From Squalus acanthias (Eukaryota), in contig CM059427.1 in NCBI GenBank assembly GCA_030390025.1, positions 158,720,001-158,784,000 of the forward strand: DNA of 64,000 nt, read 5' to 3'. Both the position numbers and the translations under genes were made by a program. Every line of letters starts with the position of its first letter. The first letter of the stretch is position 1. Below, one piece after another: positions 24,487 through 37,310 of this stretch. The notes below the pieces were generated by a model, which ran no database searches, had not been told where the DNA came from, and was given only the letters and a program-made list of their open reading frames with translations.

Positions 24487-24860
24487 GGGGATGTGTGGCA
24501 CAGTAAGTTGGACACTGGGCTTTCACCTCTGGGACCAATTCCATTCTTATCTCCAGCAATAGCCTGCGCCCAATTCAAATTCAGCCCAAACTGATGGAAT
24601 GAAAGTCACTGTTGGTGGTAAGAGTCCTTTTGTGAAATGAGTTTGGGTGGTCTTAATCCAATTCCTCGGGAGCATGGGCTATAGCACAAAACTGTTCCTT
24701 ATTTAGCATTAATTGGATATCTTATTCAGAGAGGGCATAGGATGGCTGGTGCGGGAAATGAAAAAAAATGTTGCACTGGTGTGCAGTAAGGTGTGATTAT
24801 CTGAGGCTTCGGCAAGTTGTTAGTAGAGGGAGCTTTACTGGATCTGGCTGCGAGTACTGG
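24487..24860 (+). mobile_element. LF-SINE-like tRNA-derived SINE
   Basis: Ordered motifs GCTTTCACCTCT, TTCAAATTCAGCCCA, TGTGAAATGAGTTTGGGTGGTCT, CCAATTCCT, CACAAAAC, GCATTAATTGG, CAGAGAGGGC match the LF-SINE consensus as recalled. Confidence 0.6.
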
Positions 24861-27800
24861 GTGATGAAAGGGGTAGAGTTTCATAACAAAGAAAAATGGG
24901 ATTGTGTACTCTCAGGCCTGAATAAGCTAGATTCAGTGAGCCAACATGGGTGCCCTAGAATTCTATCCATAGAATAGAGTGTGGGGGGTGGGTGCATTGT
25001 TGCTGAGGACATGGCTGGTGCAACTGCCCACAGGCCAGCTTGGATTGAAAATCAAAATATGTATTTATAGAAGATAAATTCTATTTTACCTAAATGTGAC
25101 AGAATAGACTAGGTTATAGACTCACTATTACAATTCCAGCTGATTTGGAAAGTTATGATTACATTTTAAAGATCACATTTCCATTTAAAGAGATGATGTG
25201 AGCTAAAATCAGAGCACTGTCATGTCTTAGGAGCATCTGATTAATTTCTGTACAGTTAATGGTGCCTGTTAAAGTTCTCATCCTCCCAATTTACTGTGCT
25301 CAATGCTATAGAATTGCTGGCCAGGGATGCCAGAGAGCTACTCATGCCCATAGGATAATATCCACCATGCCTTTGGGAGAATACTATGGGCAAGTCAGAA
25401 CATTATCAATAAAGACCAGGAAGCACACAGCTTTTCTGTATTGGGGCGACTCAGGGTGGGGGGTGGTCATGATCCCACAAGCTGCTGACTTTCTGGGAGA
25501 CGGAGTGTGTCTTGTTCTGTTCCTTCGTGTCTCGCAAGTTGCTGCTTTGTCCTTGAGAGGGGATCCTAGTAAGTCACTGCCTTCTGGGTTAAGGAGGTGT
25601 CACAGGTCACTGCCTTCAAATTGAGGAGATGGACAGAGAAGATGTCTCAAAGTAACGTTTGCTGAAAAGTGTACTATCCTTGTTGAGTACAAGAAACGAC
25701 TGCTAATCTCTCAAATAAGTAATTTGTAATTAATTTTGTAAAATGGCTAAAAATCCAGTTGAGGTGTATCTTTTCTGCACGGCTCACTGGATATTATACA
25801 TATATAAGCCACATTTTAAACATATGTAATATTCATTAAAATTAATTTGATTAATTGAAGATGCAGAAATTTGCCTTTTTTAAAGGTGGATTGTAACTTC
25901 ACTGACTATATGTATGCAGGAAACCCACTAGCCTCATGGATGTGGATAAAGAAGTGGATTAAGAACATTATGGGGTCGTACCATGGGACTGAAATCTTCA
26001 ACAGTACAAACACTTTACTTCCTGAATCAGCATATAGGCTTTCATTTTAGGCTTTCTTGTATGCTGTCAAGAGAGGCATTTACTGTCTTAAAGCATTGAC
26101 ATGAAATTTTTTTTTTTTTAAACAGCTTATTTCAAAGAGTTAAACATGAAGAATGTTGTGGGGATGCATTTTGCACAAAGTACTCCCCATCTCACGGCGG
26201 GGAGAGGGAATTCCTTTTTGAAATATCTTGATTGAAGCAAGATATTTTTGAAGAGCTGTTATTTCGATATCTCTGCTCACTTCCCAAGCCACTCCAGTGG
26301 CCCTCGTATGTTTTGGAGTGCATCCGTTGAGTTTTGTCGCTCCTCTAATTCTCTTCCTTCCCCAAAGGTGCTATACGACACCATACGTGCTGACCATCTT
26401 CCAGTACCTCATCCAAATGGCCATGGCTCATCTTTACACTGAGGCAGTGAGGAATGACTAATCAATTCGCAATATTCTTGTCCTCACCTGATGGCCATAT
26501 GTATGCATTTTATTGGCTAATTGACAATACTGGTCACCACAGCTAAACTTGCCCTTGCCTGGCATGTATGCACGTGCATTTTTAAGAGGAGAATAGATTG
26601 AACCTGAGACCTTCCTGATCTGCTGCACACAGGTCAGTGAATTTTCCATTTGAGCCATTGAGGGCTGGGAGATTCCCACCTACAGAAAAAGCACTGCTGA
26701 CTGCTTATAGAAGCATATTCAGGAATGATTGTTTCCAGATTATGGTACCAAAAAATTAGAGCCTTTCTGGGGTGCATGTGTACTGCCCATAATATATGCT
26801 ACTGAAGTGGCCTGGGATCTTGGTAGAGATGCAAAATGGTGATGGTTCTCATGCGGTGAAAAATAAATTAATCTCTTAACAGGTAGAAGATATTTTGTTA
26901 ATTTTATTAATGAAAAATGGGGTTGTACCTTGCAAAGAAATTACTGTAGTCTTTTCTTCATAAAGTGACATTGGTAGTAGAGTTGCTTCTGTTGCAATTC
27001 TAATCTGCTATAATTTAAAAAATTCCAGTGGAGCATTTGGAGCATTTTTACCACCCTAAGAGGGCACATTTTTTTTGGAAAAGCAGACTGTAATTACATG
27101 GAAACTGACAAATACAATAGGCTCACTTCAGCTGATGAAGGATGCAGGCCTGTGGGCTGGAATGAGTTAACATTTATTTTCAAAAATCATTCTGAAGGGC
27201 CGTTAGTTAAAATACACCCATGCTTATTTTAAAAATAATTTAGTATGCACTCCTGAAAGAAAGTGAATAATGTAATTGAAAATTGAAAAAAATGTACTAT
27301 CTGTAAACTCTAGGAACATTTTATTAATGACAGGAACATCTCTGCTGAATGAAGCAAGGCTCATGTACACTGGACCAGTTCAAAAGCCACCACTTAGAAA
27401 AAGCCTCATCAGTTTTTTTTCCCTTGTTGATACAATTTATTTCTCAAAACAGAAACCATTCAGTTTTGTTTGCATTGCAGTATTTCCAATTGACCTATAT
27501 TTTCAGCTAAATATTTAATTGGATTGAAGTGGAGAGTTATACAGTGATTTCCATTGAATCAATGCTTTTGACTTTTAAATATGTTTGAAAGATATGTAAA
27601 ACAAGATTGTTGCGGTACAGATTAAGGAGATCAACTGAAGTACGTTGCAATGAATCCCCTTAAGAAAAACCTGTGACTAAATGCTTTAGGAATCATTTGT
27701 ACCTGAGAAATTGTCTCTAAACCATAAACCTCAGTAACTAATCAATTTACTAAATACACAAATTGACATCCAATTGGGGAAAAAAGCTCCTTCTTTGAAA

Positions 27801-28149
27801 GAGTTCTCCACTTTCACTTCAGTTACTTTTATCTTTTCACATTGTTCAAAATGTTATGATCTGCATAAGATGAAGCCAGCACTCTACTTCTTTGGGCCAA
27901 CATTTGCCAAATTATTTTTATTATGTTACAGACTGCAACCATATGAACTGTCTGCTATGTCATGATAAAAAGTGATTTCCATAAGCAAACTGATCCTTAT
28001 GATGCAAAGTTGCTCCATATGCATGCATTGTCAGAGGCTGTGGTCATTTTTCAGTGCCTTCCAAAGAGACACTGTTCTCTTTCCCTTACATCCATGATGA
28101 CTTTGATGCCCTCTGCTACATTGATGATGTCAGATTCTCCAGCCCCTAT

Positions 28150-29610
28150 TGTTATTTTCACTGTGAACATACAGTCACTCTACATCTCCATCTCTCATCA
28201 GGATTGCCTGCAGGACCCTCGCTTCTTCCTTGTATTGTGGCCCAACAAGTCCCCATCTACCACCCTCCACCTGGCTGAACTTTTTCTCACCTTGAACAGC
28301 TTCTCTTTTAACTTCACTCACTTCCAGATAAAAGGTGTAGCTGTGGGAATGGCATGGGTCCCAGCTTATGCATCTTTTTGTAGATTATGTTGAACATTTT
28401 TTTGTTTCAGACCGCCTCTTCAATTATGCTGATGACTGTGTCGATATTGCTTCTTTTTGCCTCTTTGATCTTAAGAATTTTATTACCTATGATATCAATT
28501 TCCACTCATCCCTCACTTTCATGGTCCATCTCTTAACTCCTCTCTGCCCTTCCTGGACTTCTCTCTATCTGTGACAGTGGGCTTTCCATAAATATCTTTT
28601 ACAAGCATACCAACTCCCACAGCTGCATGGAGTCTGCTTCTTCCCATCCTGCCTCCTGTAACAATTCCATTTCTTCCTCGGTTTCAGTTACATCTGCTCT
28701 GGTAACTACCTTTCACACAAGAAAGTCTTAATTTTCATCAACTGAGGATACCATCTGCACTGGTCAACATGGCCCTTGACCATTTTCAGTTCTTCTGCCC
28801 TGACTGCCTCCCGTCCTCTCACAACCAAGAGACAGTCCCCCAGTCCTCATCTTCCACCCCAGCAGTCTCCATATTTGCCAGAACATCTCCGCCATTTCTG
28901 CCACCTACAACGTAATCCATCTTCCCATGTCCACTTTCTAGTTGTACAATTTACATGTATTCTAATCTAGTATACAATATTTGCTGCTCATGGTGTGGTC
29001 CCCTCTACCTTGAGGAAAGCAAATGCAGACTAAGTGACCACTTTGCCAAGCACCTCCGTTTGTCTGTAACTGCGACCCCGAGCTGCCTAAAGCTCATCAC
29101 TTAAACTGCTCCTCCTATTTCCACTTTGACCTCTGTCATCGTTCCAAACAATAATCTCTTTCTCCTAGGCACCCTGTAAGCCTCTGGTCTGAACAGTGAT
29201 TTTAGTAACTTCAGACTTTAGCTATATTCTCATTTTCAAACCTGTTGTAATTTCATAACTACCTCCCAGGTTTTCCAAATCTCCAATTTTCTTGCACTTT
29301 ACTCAAGTCTCTTACTTCCTTAACCATTTACATGTTCTTTATTTCTTTGGTGCTTCGGTCTGTTACTTGACTGAGATAATCCGTTATATCATTCCATTCT
29401 GCTTCCTCTCTGTGTTTGTCTTTTTTATATATATTCTTCTCTCTTTCTGACCGTATTAATATGCCTATCCATCTTCTTTTTCAGTTCGGAAGAAGGGTAC
29501 ACACCTGAAATGTATAAGTTCTCTTCACGGATGCTGATTGACCTGCTGTGTGTTTCCAACTCTTTCTGTTTTTGCTTCAGACTTCAGCATTTGCAGTATT
29601 TTGCTTTTTA
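28150..29610 (+). mobile_element. Old Penelope-like element: decayed RT, GIY-YIG endonuclease and pLTR
   Basis: SLYISISHQD, LAELFLTLNSFSFN..QIKGVAVG, PAYA and YADD-like RT motifs. Decayed GIY-YIG at 28965-29060. Hammerhead-like GAAGAAGGGT..CCTGAAA near 29488. Confidence 0.8.
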
Positions 29611-30388
29611 TTTGTTTAAGTATCGGCTTCAATACTTCACCCACATTGGTAATCATTCACTTGTGCTAGCTGAGTGGGTCTGCTGAGTTTTGCTAAATCC
29701 TCCCTGATCCTAACAAGCATTGCTCTGATCCAAAATGCACTTTTAATGCAGTTTTTAAGTAATTCACTGGATGTATTGTTTATTATTGTTCCCACTGTAC
29801 TGAGTTGGGTGAAATTCCAACATTTACTTCAGACAAGCAATCACTCTTCAAAGTGGCAGAAATTTGTGCTAGTCAGGCTGGGGAATTTAACCATTTTGGG
29901 ACCCATTGTGAACATAAGGTCCTCTCGGGTCACTGAATGCTTGCTGCTTTGTAGATCTGCAGCCTTTTGAATTTGGGTTGAGACAACCCAAATTTATTCA
30001 CTTGGTTCCCTTACAACTGATAAAGAGAGAGGACTTTCAATTCAAGGCTGAATTCAAACTCGTCTGAGTTCAAAATGGTAGCATTGTGTATTTCTCTCAC
30101 ATGGAGGGGGGTGGGAGGGGTGAATTTACTTGGAGTCTCTCCCTCTCTGCCATCATAGCTTTGGCAGAGGTTACGGCAGCAGAGGAGGAGTAACCCTGGG
30201 CAAATTCATCTCCTTGTGCTATTTTACATGAGGGTGATTTTTTTTGTCACGCATTTAACCAGAATTACTAGAACTTGTAGTTTAAGGGTCAAATAAATTG
30301 TGTTCATGTCCAGAACAGGCTCGGTTGTGAAAAATGTAGTTGCAGAAATAATGAAAGAAATATTGTGCCTTATCAGAGGTAACAGTGT

Positions 30389-30796
30389 CAGCCATGGCTC
30401 AGTGGGTAGCACTCTCGCCTCTGAATCAGAAGGTTGTGGGTTCAAGTCCCAATCCAGAAACTTGAGCGCAAAAATCTAGGCTGACACTTCAGTGCAGTAC
30501 TGAGGTAATTAGATGGTGTCGGGTGTCATCTTCTCGATGAGATGTTAAACTGAGGCCCCGTCTGCCACCTCAGGTGGACGTAAAAGTTCTCATGGCACTA
30601 TTTATCCCTCAACCAACATCAAAACACCTGGTCATTACCTCATTGCTGTTCGTGGGACCTTGCTGCGTGTAAATTGATTGCTGCGTTTCCGACGTTACAG
30701 CAGTGACTACACTTCAAAAATACTTAATTGGCTTTAATGCGGTTTGGGAAGTCCTGAGGTTGTGAAAGTCACTATGTAAATGCACGTATTTCTTTC
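30389..30796 (+). mobile_element. Deu-domain SINE (SacSINE1-like)
   Basis: A box TGGCTCAGTGGG, B box GGTTCAAGTCC; colinear with 12959-13420. Confidence 0.85.
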
Positions 30797-33531
30797 ATTT
30801 TTCTTTTATCGTACCCTCAGATAAAGTATTTTACAGCCACTTTTATATTGGTATTTTTTGAAGTGCAGTCACTATTATGTATGCATATGCAGCAGACAAT
30901 TTGTACACATCAAGGGCTTACAAACAGTAAGTGAATGGATGACCAGGTAATCTATTTTGGTAGCATTGGTGTTAAAATAAGCTTAATTTGGTTTCAAGAT
31001 GAGGAAAAAAATCACAGCTTCTGATCTAAACACTGAATGTCGCTACAAATAGCAATGACTATAGTTTGAGTTAACTGGGAACTCCTTATAACCAACTTAT
31101 TGTACACTCTTTAAAATGGAATACTGTTGTTCAGTCCACTATAAAATGCACATTTCTCCAGTCAGATCACTTAGAGTATACAGCACTGTGTTGCCCCTTA
31201 GGCACTTTTATATTGGTATTTGTTTAGTTTGGATTGCAGGAGATTCTGCTACTGTGATAAGGGAGCTGATTTTTGCAGTGTGAATGCAGAGAGCAGACAC
31301 ACAAGCTGCTCTTCCCAAATCCAAACTAAAAAGTCCCAATGTAAAAGCACCTTTTAAGAGCACACCAACAACTATTATAAGATTAGAAAGCGTGGAAAAT
31401 AAAAGGGCATCAAGCATATTCCTTCCATTGACATTGTATCATGTTTTCCTCCTGACCAAGTTAATCGCCTGAAGAAAAGTTTTCAAACTTTCTCCGTAAC
31501 TCTAAACATATATCAAGGAAAACTCTAGGATACTTGTCTAATTTACATCATACGATATATATGCTGGAGTTTTTTTTTAGCATAATAGTTCCTGACCTAC
31601 TGGAGCCATGGAATTATGTTCCACAGCGTATTTGATTCTCTCCATCTGTACTTATTTTAACTCTCAGTCCTCTCCTAACCAGATATTTACCCAGCTTTTT
31701 TATTTTTAAAAACATGTTTTAATCAAAACAGCATTAACTGCTTTATCTGTGAGTCAATTCCCCATTTCCAGACCTCTGCGAGGAGGAAAAAAATCCTAAT
31801 CTCAAATCTTGCTCAAGTCTTTAATTTTATATTCCTGTCCTCTAGTTCTAGGTTCATGGTCCATAGTTAAATATCTTACTTACATTTCATCGTTCATTCC
31901 TGTATGCGTTTAAAAAAAACTGGATATGGCCTTATCTTTCTCTAATGAAAACAAGTTTATTTCTATGAATTTTCTTCATAACTCAGAATTCAGTGTCCCG
32001 GAATTATCCTTGTTACTCTTTTCTGAATCCTTCCCAGCACATCAATATCCTTTTCAATGTAGTGTGGCCAGAGTTGTACAAACTATTCTAAATATTGCAT
32101 CAGCAATCTACATGCAAGGTTAGAAGAACTTTCAGTTTGTGTCCTTGTGATGCAGTCCACTTAACTTTTGTTAATCATTCCACTCAACTTTTCTTATCAT
32201 GCACGATTCATGTTCATTGTTCCAGTATATGATTCCTTTTATATATTTACTTCAAAAATCCACCTGTTGTTCCTGAGCCCATCCAGCTCTCATGAATGCT
32301 ATCATTCACTCTTCTACTTGTCACCTTTTGTTTCACCGTGTTTTAAATCACCTATACGTACTGGATTTTGTTTTGGATCAAAGCCCAACTGGTTGAATTG
32401 TGAAATCTGTTTTCTTGTGTGACCATGAAACTTGGTAACTTACATTTTGGAGATTACAATAACGTGGTGATCCTTTAAGTACTCAATTTAGCTGTTCTGC
32501 AATGTATACCTCCACCTTTTAACGCTGGTTTGTTCATGCGTAACTGCTTATTTTCTCTTAGTATAAATTATTATGTATCGACCCAGTCCTTTGAAGAGAG
32601 GAACAAAACCAGCAAGGGGTTTGAAAAACCCTGAAGTGTTGAATTTATTTCTGAATAGCCTTGGCTTGTACATTTTGTATGGATAAATTATGTATAGCCA
32701 TCAAAAATTAGTTTACATTGCATTTGCTTAAGTTTGTGTATTTTGCAGACCTATGCTTTTAAATTGACTGCGCAATGTATGCCAGTGTTAATGTGTTACC
32801 GACAATCTTTTCTGCACCAAATGACTACTGCAGTGATTTTGATGCTTGGTGACCAACACTGTAGGTCAAGAATGACATATTTCAGAAGGGTAGAGTCTTA
32901 TGTGATTAATGTGGCTGGTGAAAGCACTGACAATATAACATTTTGTAGACTGCATTTATATTTTCTTCTAGAGATATCCTAGGTGAAACATTTAAAACCT
33001 TTTATTTCTACATATAGAAAGACTTGAATTTAATGTATTAATGGTGCTTGTACACCATCATGTTATATGCACATTGCATATAATTTTGTTCATGCTGCTC
33101 TGTCCTTGATCGCATATTTGCAGGATACCTTTTTTAAGGTAAGTTTTGTAGAGTTATTTGTAGAGTTTGGTTTCAAGAGCAGAAAAATGGGTTACTCCAT
33201 ACATTTCATCCATACTGCTGTATAAATATTGCACTGAATCCTATTTTAAACTACTTGCCTTTCTACAGATCATTTTTGAATTTCAGAACTTGAAGCTTAC
33301 TCTAATCTCTATCCTTGCGATTCTTTCGTATTCTTGGATCTAATGTTTTTCTTTTAACTTTCAGCCTGACAAAAATTCTTGGAGAAATTGCATCCCTGTA
33401 GTTTATGAAATCGGCCATCTTTTAGACCAAGTTAGACAGTGAAACAACCTTTTTAGAACTTCTACTAACCAAGAAAGAACTTCTAGCCTGCTTTTACCGG
33501 TATTGGAGTAGACACTCTCTCTTGTGCCAAA

Positions 33532-34575
33532 ATGGCAAGTTTTGGCAGGGGCCAGAGCAATCAAATGCGTACTAAGAGGAAGAGTCGTTTTCATGATGCA
33601 GATGCTGGAGGTCTTGCTGCAGGTCCACCTCTGAATATCCAAGCAGCTCTTGGGACATTGTGCCAGAATCCACACTTGGCTGGCTTAATAAATTCTGGAC
33701 AGGGTCAGAATTATGGCCTACATGGTGCAGGACAGGGTCAGAACTTTGGCTTACAAGGTGCAGGACCAGGTCAGAGCTTTGGCCCGCAAGGTGTGGGACA
33801 GGGTCAGAACTTTGGTCCACAAGGTGTGGGACAAAGATCTAAAGGTTTGATGTCTTCAGCTGGTGGGCCCTCACGATACAGCGATACTGCTAGCAGTAGC
33901 TTGCCTTCCTTGTTTGGAGTTAGAAATCAGAATCAACAATCTCACGCTGTTCAGAAACAGATTGATGCAGACAGGGCCAGTAACATTTTAGCTGCATTTG
34001 GCCTTTCATCCAGGGATTTGGATGAACTGAGCCACTACCCTGAAGATAAACTTACACCTGAATCCTTGCCAGAAATTCTTATGGAGATTAAAAGGAGACG
34101 AGCTAATGAAGGAACAGCTTCAAAATACAGCAGAGGTGACGGTTCTCTACGACATGACCGTTCCTACAGAACCTCTCATGATGACTGGGAGGAAGAAAGA
34201 CACTTTAGGAAACGCAATTATGGAAGTCGTGATTCCAGTCTTGACTCTGTGGTTGAATATAGCCACGGTCATTCTTCTCGAGAGTCAAGTTCTAGATATG
34301 ACCGAAAGGACTATGAGCGTGAACGATTAAGAGGCAATGATGACTTCTCCAGAGAGGAAATGCACCTCTCTGAGCCCTCACACAATTTCAATAAATTTGA
34401 TTCTGATTATAGAAGAGGTGCTCGTCTTCCTTCTCCTCGTGCACATGAAAGGTCTCTCTTTGAGAGAAAACGAGGATCTCCTTCATTGAACAACATAAAC
34501 GATTACCATGGTTTCTTGCCAGCAGTCTTCCCCTACTTGTGTTCGCTGTGTGATCTAACCATTCATTCAGTACAG
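33532..34575 (+). CDS. matr3: Gene B (matrin-3 homologue) first coding exon, 348 codons
   Basis: DADRASNILAAFGLSSRDLDELSHYPEDKLTPESLPEILMEIKRRR, DDWEEERHFR, VVEYSHG, ERSLFERKRG and INDYHGFLPAVFPYLCSLCDLTIHS are matrin-3 hallmarks. Likely acceptor at 33364/33365; donor CAG|GTGAGT. Orthologue versus paralogue is not resolved. Confidence 0.93.
33697..33834 (+). repeat. Coding 33-bp tandem repeat, 4.2 copies (GQGQNFGxQGA/V)
   Basis: GQGQNYGLHGA GQGQNFGLQGA GPGQSFGPQGV GQGQNFGPQGV GQ. Confidence 0.95.
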
Positions 34576-36548
34576 GTGAGTGACCTCTAACTTCTTTAAG
34601 AATTACTTAATAAAAAAAAATATAACTATTACAACTGCAGCTCTCCTTGGACTTGGAAAACATCATTTGGTTTTAAGATTGTCTCAGATGACTTTCTGGA
34701 TAATCTTTACTTCTGATGCATTGTTTGACAGTTTCAAATATATGATGCAATTAAATCTACTTTTCTACACATTCTTTTCTTTCAGTGGAGATGTATTTGT
34801 GTAAATTAAGTCCTTACTGAATATTGGGCTTGTCATTGTGTTTCAGCTAGGTTTAGCTTCTGCACAGTCCTGGTTGCATACTTGAACTTCACTTTGTTCA
34901 AATTTGAATAATGCAAGATCACTATTAAATTAATTTCTTTAGGTTAGAAACTCAAAAAGCCGTATGAAGTTTTCTAAGTCACTACCTTTGATCTGTTTTA
35001 AGATATGATTTTGTTTTTGTTGAGTGGACAGTATTTTACCAGATTTACTGACTGGATAGTCATATTTCCACATAATAAAAAGGGTCGCAGCATGGTCCTT
35101 TTAAACTTTTTTCTGTTGTTCTGTCACATGTATGGCAGCCAAAATCATTTTCCAAAGCTACAGCATTTGAAATTTGCTGTTCAAAATCAAATCTGGCGTT
35201 ATATTTGGCTTTTTGACAGTTTACTTAACTGTCTTTTATCTGTTCATCCTCTCTTTTTCTCCTATCTTCTGTCTTTAACCCCTATCAGTCTTCCATCTCC
35301 AATGATGGTGTTTCTTCCCTATGCTTCTTAGCATAGGTGTAATTGCTTGCTAAGAATTGTAGAGTTTCAGCTACACCAAGAACCATGGGTGAGGCTTTCA
35401 CCGTTTTACCTTGTGGATTTATAGGAACTGGGGGAAATGTTTTGAAAATAGTCAAAACTTTGCCAAAACAGACAGTCATGCTAAAAAGAGAGGCTATTAA
35501 AGTTCTGGGTGGCTTGTGACTAGATTTCTGCCACCCAAATTACATTTATCATGATTTACAAATGGAATATAATTGTGGATTTTTAGTTAGAAGACATCAT
35601 TCATATTCTAACATTGTGATAGTTTTAGCATAGACCCAGATCAAATTCAGCTATATTTGTCCCTGAAACTTTAAGTTTGCTTCGTAAGAATTTGGCTTCT
35701 AAAACTTAAATGCTAAGACCCAAATCCTATGGAATGTTGAGGAGCCAATGGTGATGACAGCCATTTAATACACCGATTGACAAAGTAATGGTAATACTGA
35801 ACCCATCAACAAAGGTGAGTGATTATAGTATTCACTTAAAAATAATCCATGACCTCAGCATATAACAATGTCTCACTTGATTTCATCTAATAGGTCTGAG
35901 CACTGTTGGTAGAAATAAATGGTGCATTATCCAAAGCTTTAAAATCTTGTTGCAGGGGCTGCATTCCTCTACTGTTTCAACAGTTTTTAGTAACAAAATT
36001 GTATCCAACAATTGTGATGTCTCGTCTGTTTTTTAAATTGTAACACATTTTAAAGTCCCAGCGATTGTGAAAAAAGACATTCCTCTTTACCATCAAAAAT
36101 ACAGATACTCTCCTATGATGTGCTATCCATTTGTAGATATCTATGGCCAAAGTCATGATCTGATAACAGTAATATAACCTGTGATATAGATATCCTTACA
36201 AATCAAATGTAAACAGGTGGGAAATTTTGCAAAGACTGAAATAGAATGGATTTGAAGCTTGATTTTTTAAATGCTTTTGGTACTCCATAATTTTATGGAT
36301 GCAGCATTGCTACTTTAATTTGCCATAAAAATTGAGAGGATGAAGTTTAACTTGTTGCAAGTATCATGGGCCATAACTACTCATTACATGCTGTGCAACC
36401 AAATTAAGGAAAGGCTGGTTCAAAAAAGCCACATGGTCATATAATCATATTCTCTCTTTCCTTTTCCACCATGTCTCATTCAGTTCTGGCAGTTACATGG
36501 TCTAAAATGGGATGTCTTTAAAGTATTCTTGCTCAATTTGAACAAAAT

Positions 36549-37310
36549 GGGCCAGAAATTCGGCTTTCCAGCTTCCTGCGGGTGCAAGCATCGCGCGCGT
36601 ACTTACCTACTGCGCCTGCCGTTGTGCTTTGGGCCCACGAGGACTTCGGCTCCTGGGCCTCCTCCAGCTGCCGGCGCGCAGTGCTTGCATATCCCAGGGG
36701 CGCAGTTAGTTCGAAGCGTCCCCTGGGATCACGTGGGCCATGGAGAGCCAATCCTAACAGGGCATTTTCATTCATAGATTTGACAGGAAGACCTGTCAAA
36801 TCTATGAATAGAGATCGGCCCCAAAACCACACTTAAACTTCAAATATATTTTTTTTAAAATCACATTTTTAGAATAACTATAAGTTACATAAATTAACTA
36901 CTTTAAACAAAAATTAAAATTTTTGAAAAAATTAATTATACTTTTTAACGGTGCTAAAAATAAACTTACCTTTCTTTAAAGTATCTAAAAAAGATAAACC
37001 TGTTGAAAAAATGTTTAAATTGTTATTAATTAACCACTTACCTTGTTAAAAACAGGCCTTGCGCCTCCTTTTTAAAAGTGCAGCTTCTCCATACTTACCC
37101 TCCCGGAGAAACCTGAAAAAAAACCGAAGTTCGCTGCGTGCGCGCAGCCTCTCCCACACACGCGTTCGACTTCTGAACCCCTCCTTTCAGGGGAACGGAA
37201 GTTCCGGTTTCCCGCACATGCGCAGTGCATGCAGGAAACCGGCACTTCAAGTGGCCTTACGGGTGAGTACACAGCGCGTACTCATCCGACAAGAGCCGAA
37301 TTTCTGGCCC
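36549..37310. mobile_element. PIF/Harbinger-like MITE
   Basis: 17-bp TIRs GGGCCAGAAATTCGGCT / AGCCGAATTTCTGGCCC with a 3-bp AAT duplication. GC-rich arms, AT-rich core, internal hairpin ATTCATAGATTTGACAGG-aaga-CCTGTCAAATCTATGAAT. Confidence 0.88.

Noticed and set aside
21415-33364. SNORA74/U19 snoRNA, expected near vertebrate MATR3 5' regions
   Set aside because: No recognisable match by eye; an Infernal search would be needed.
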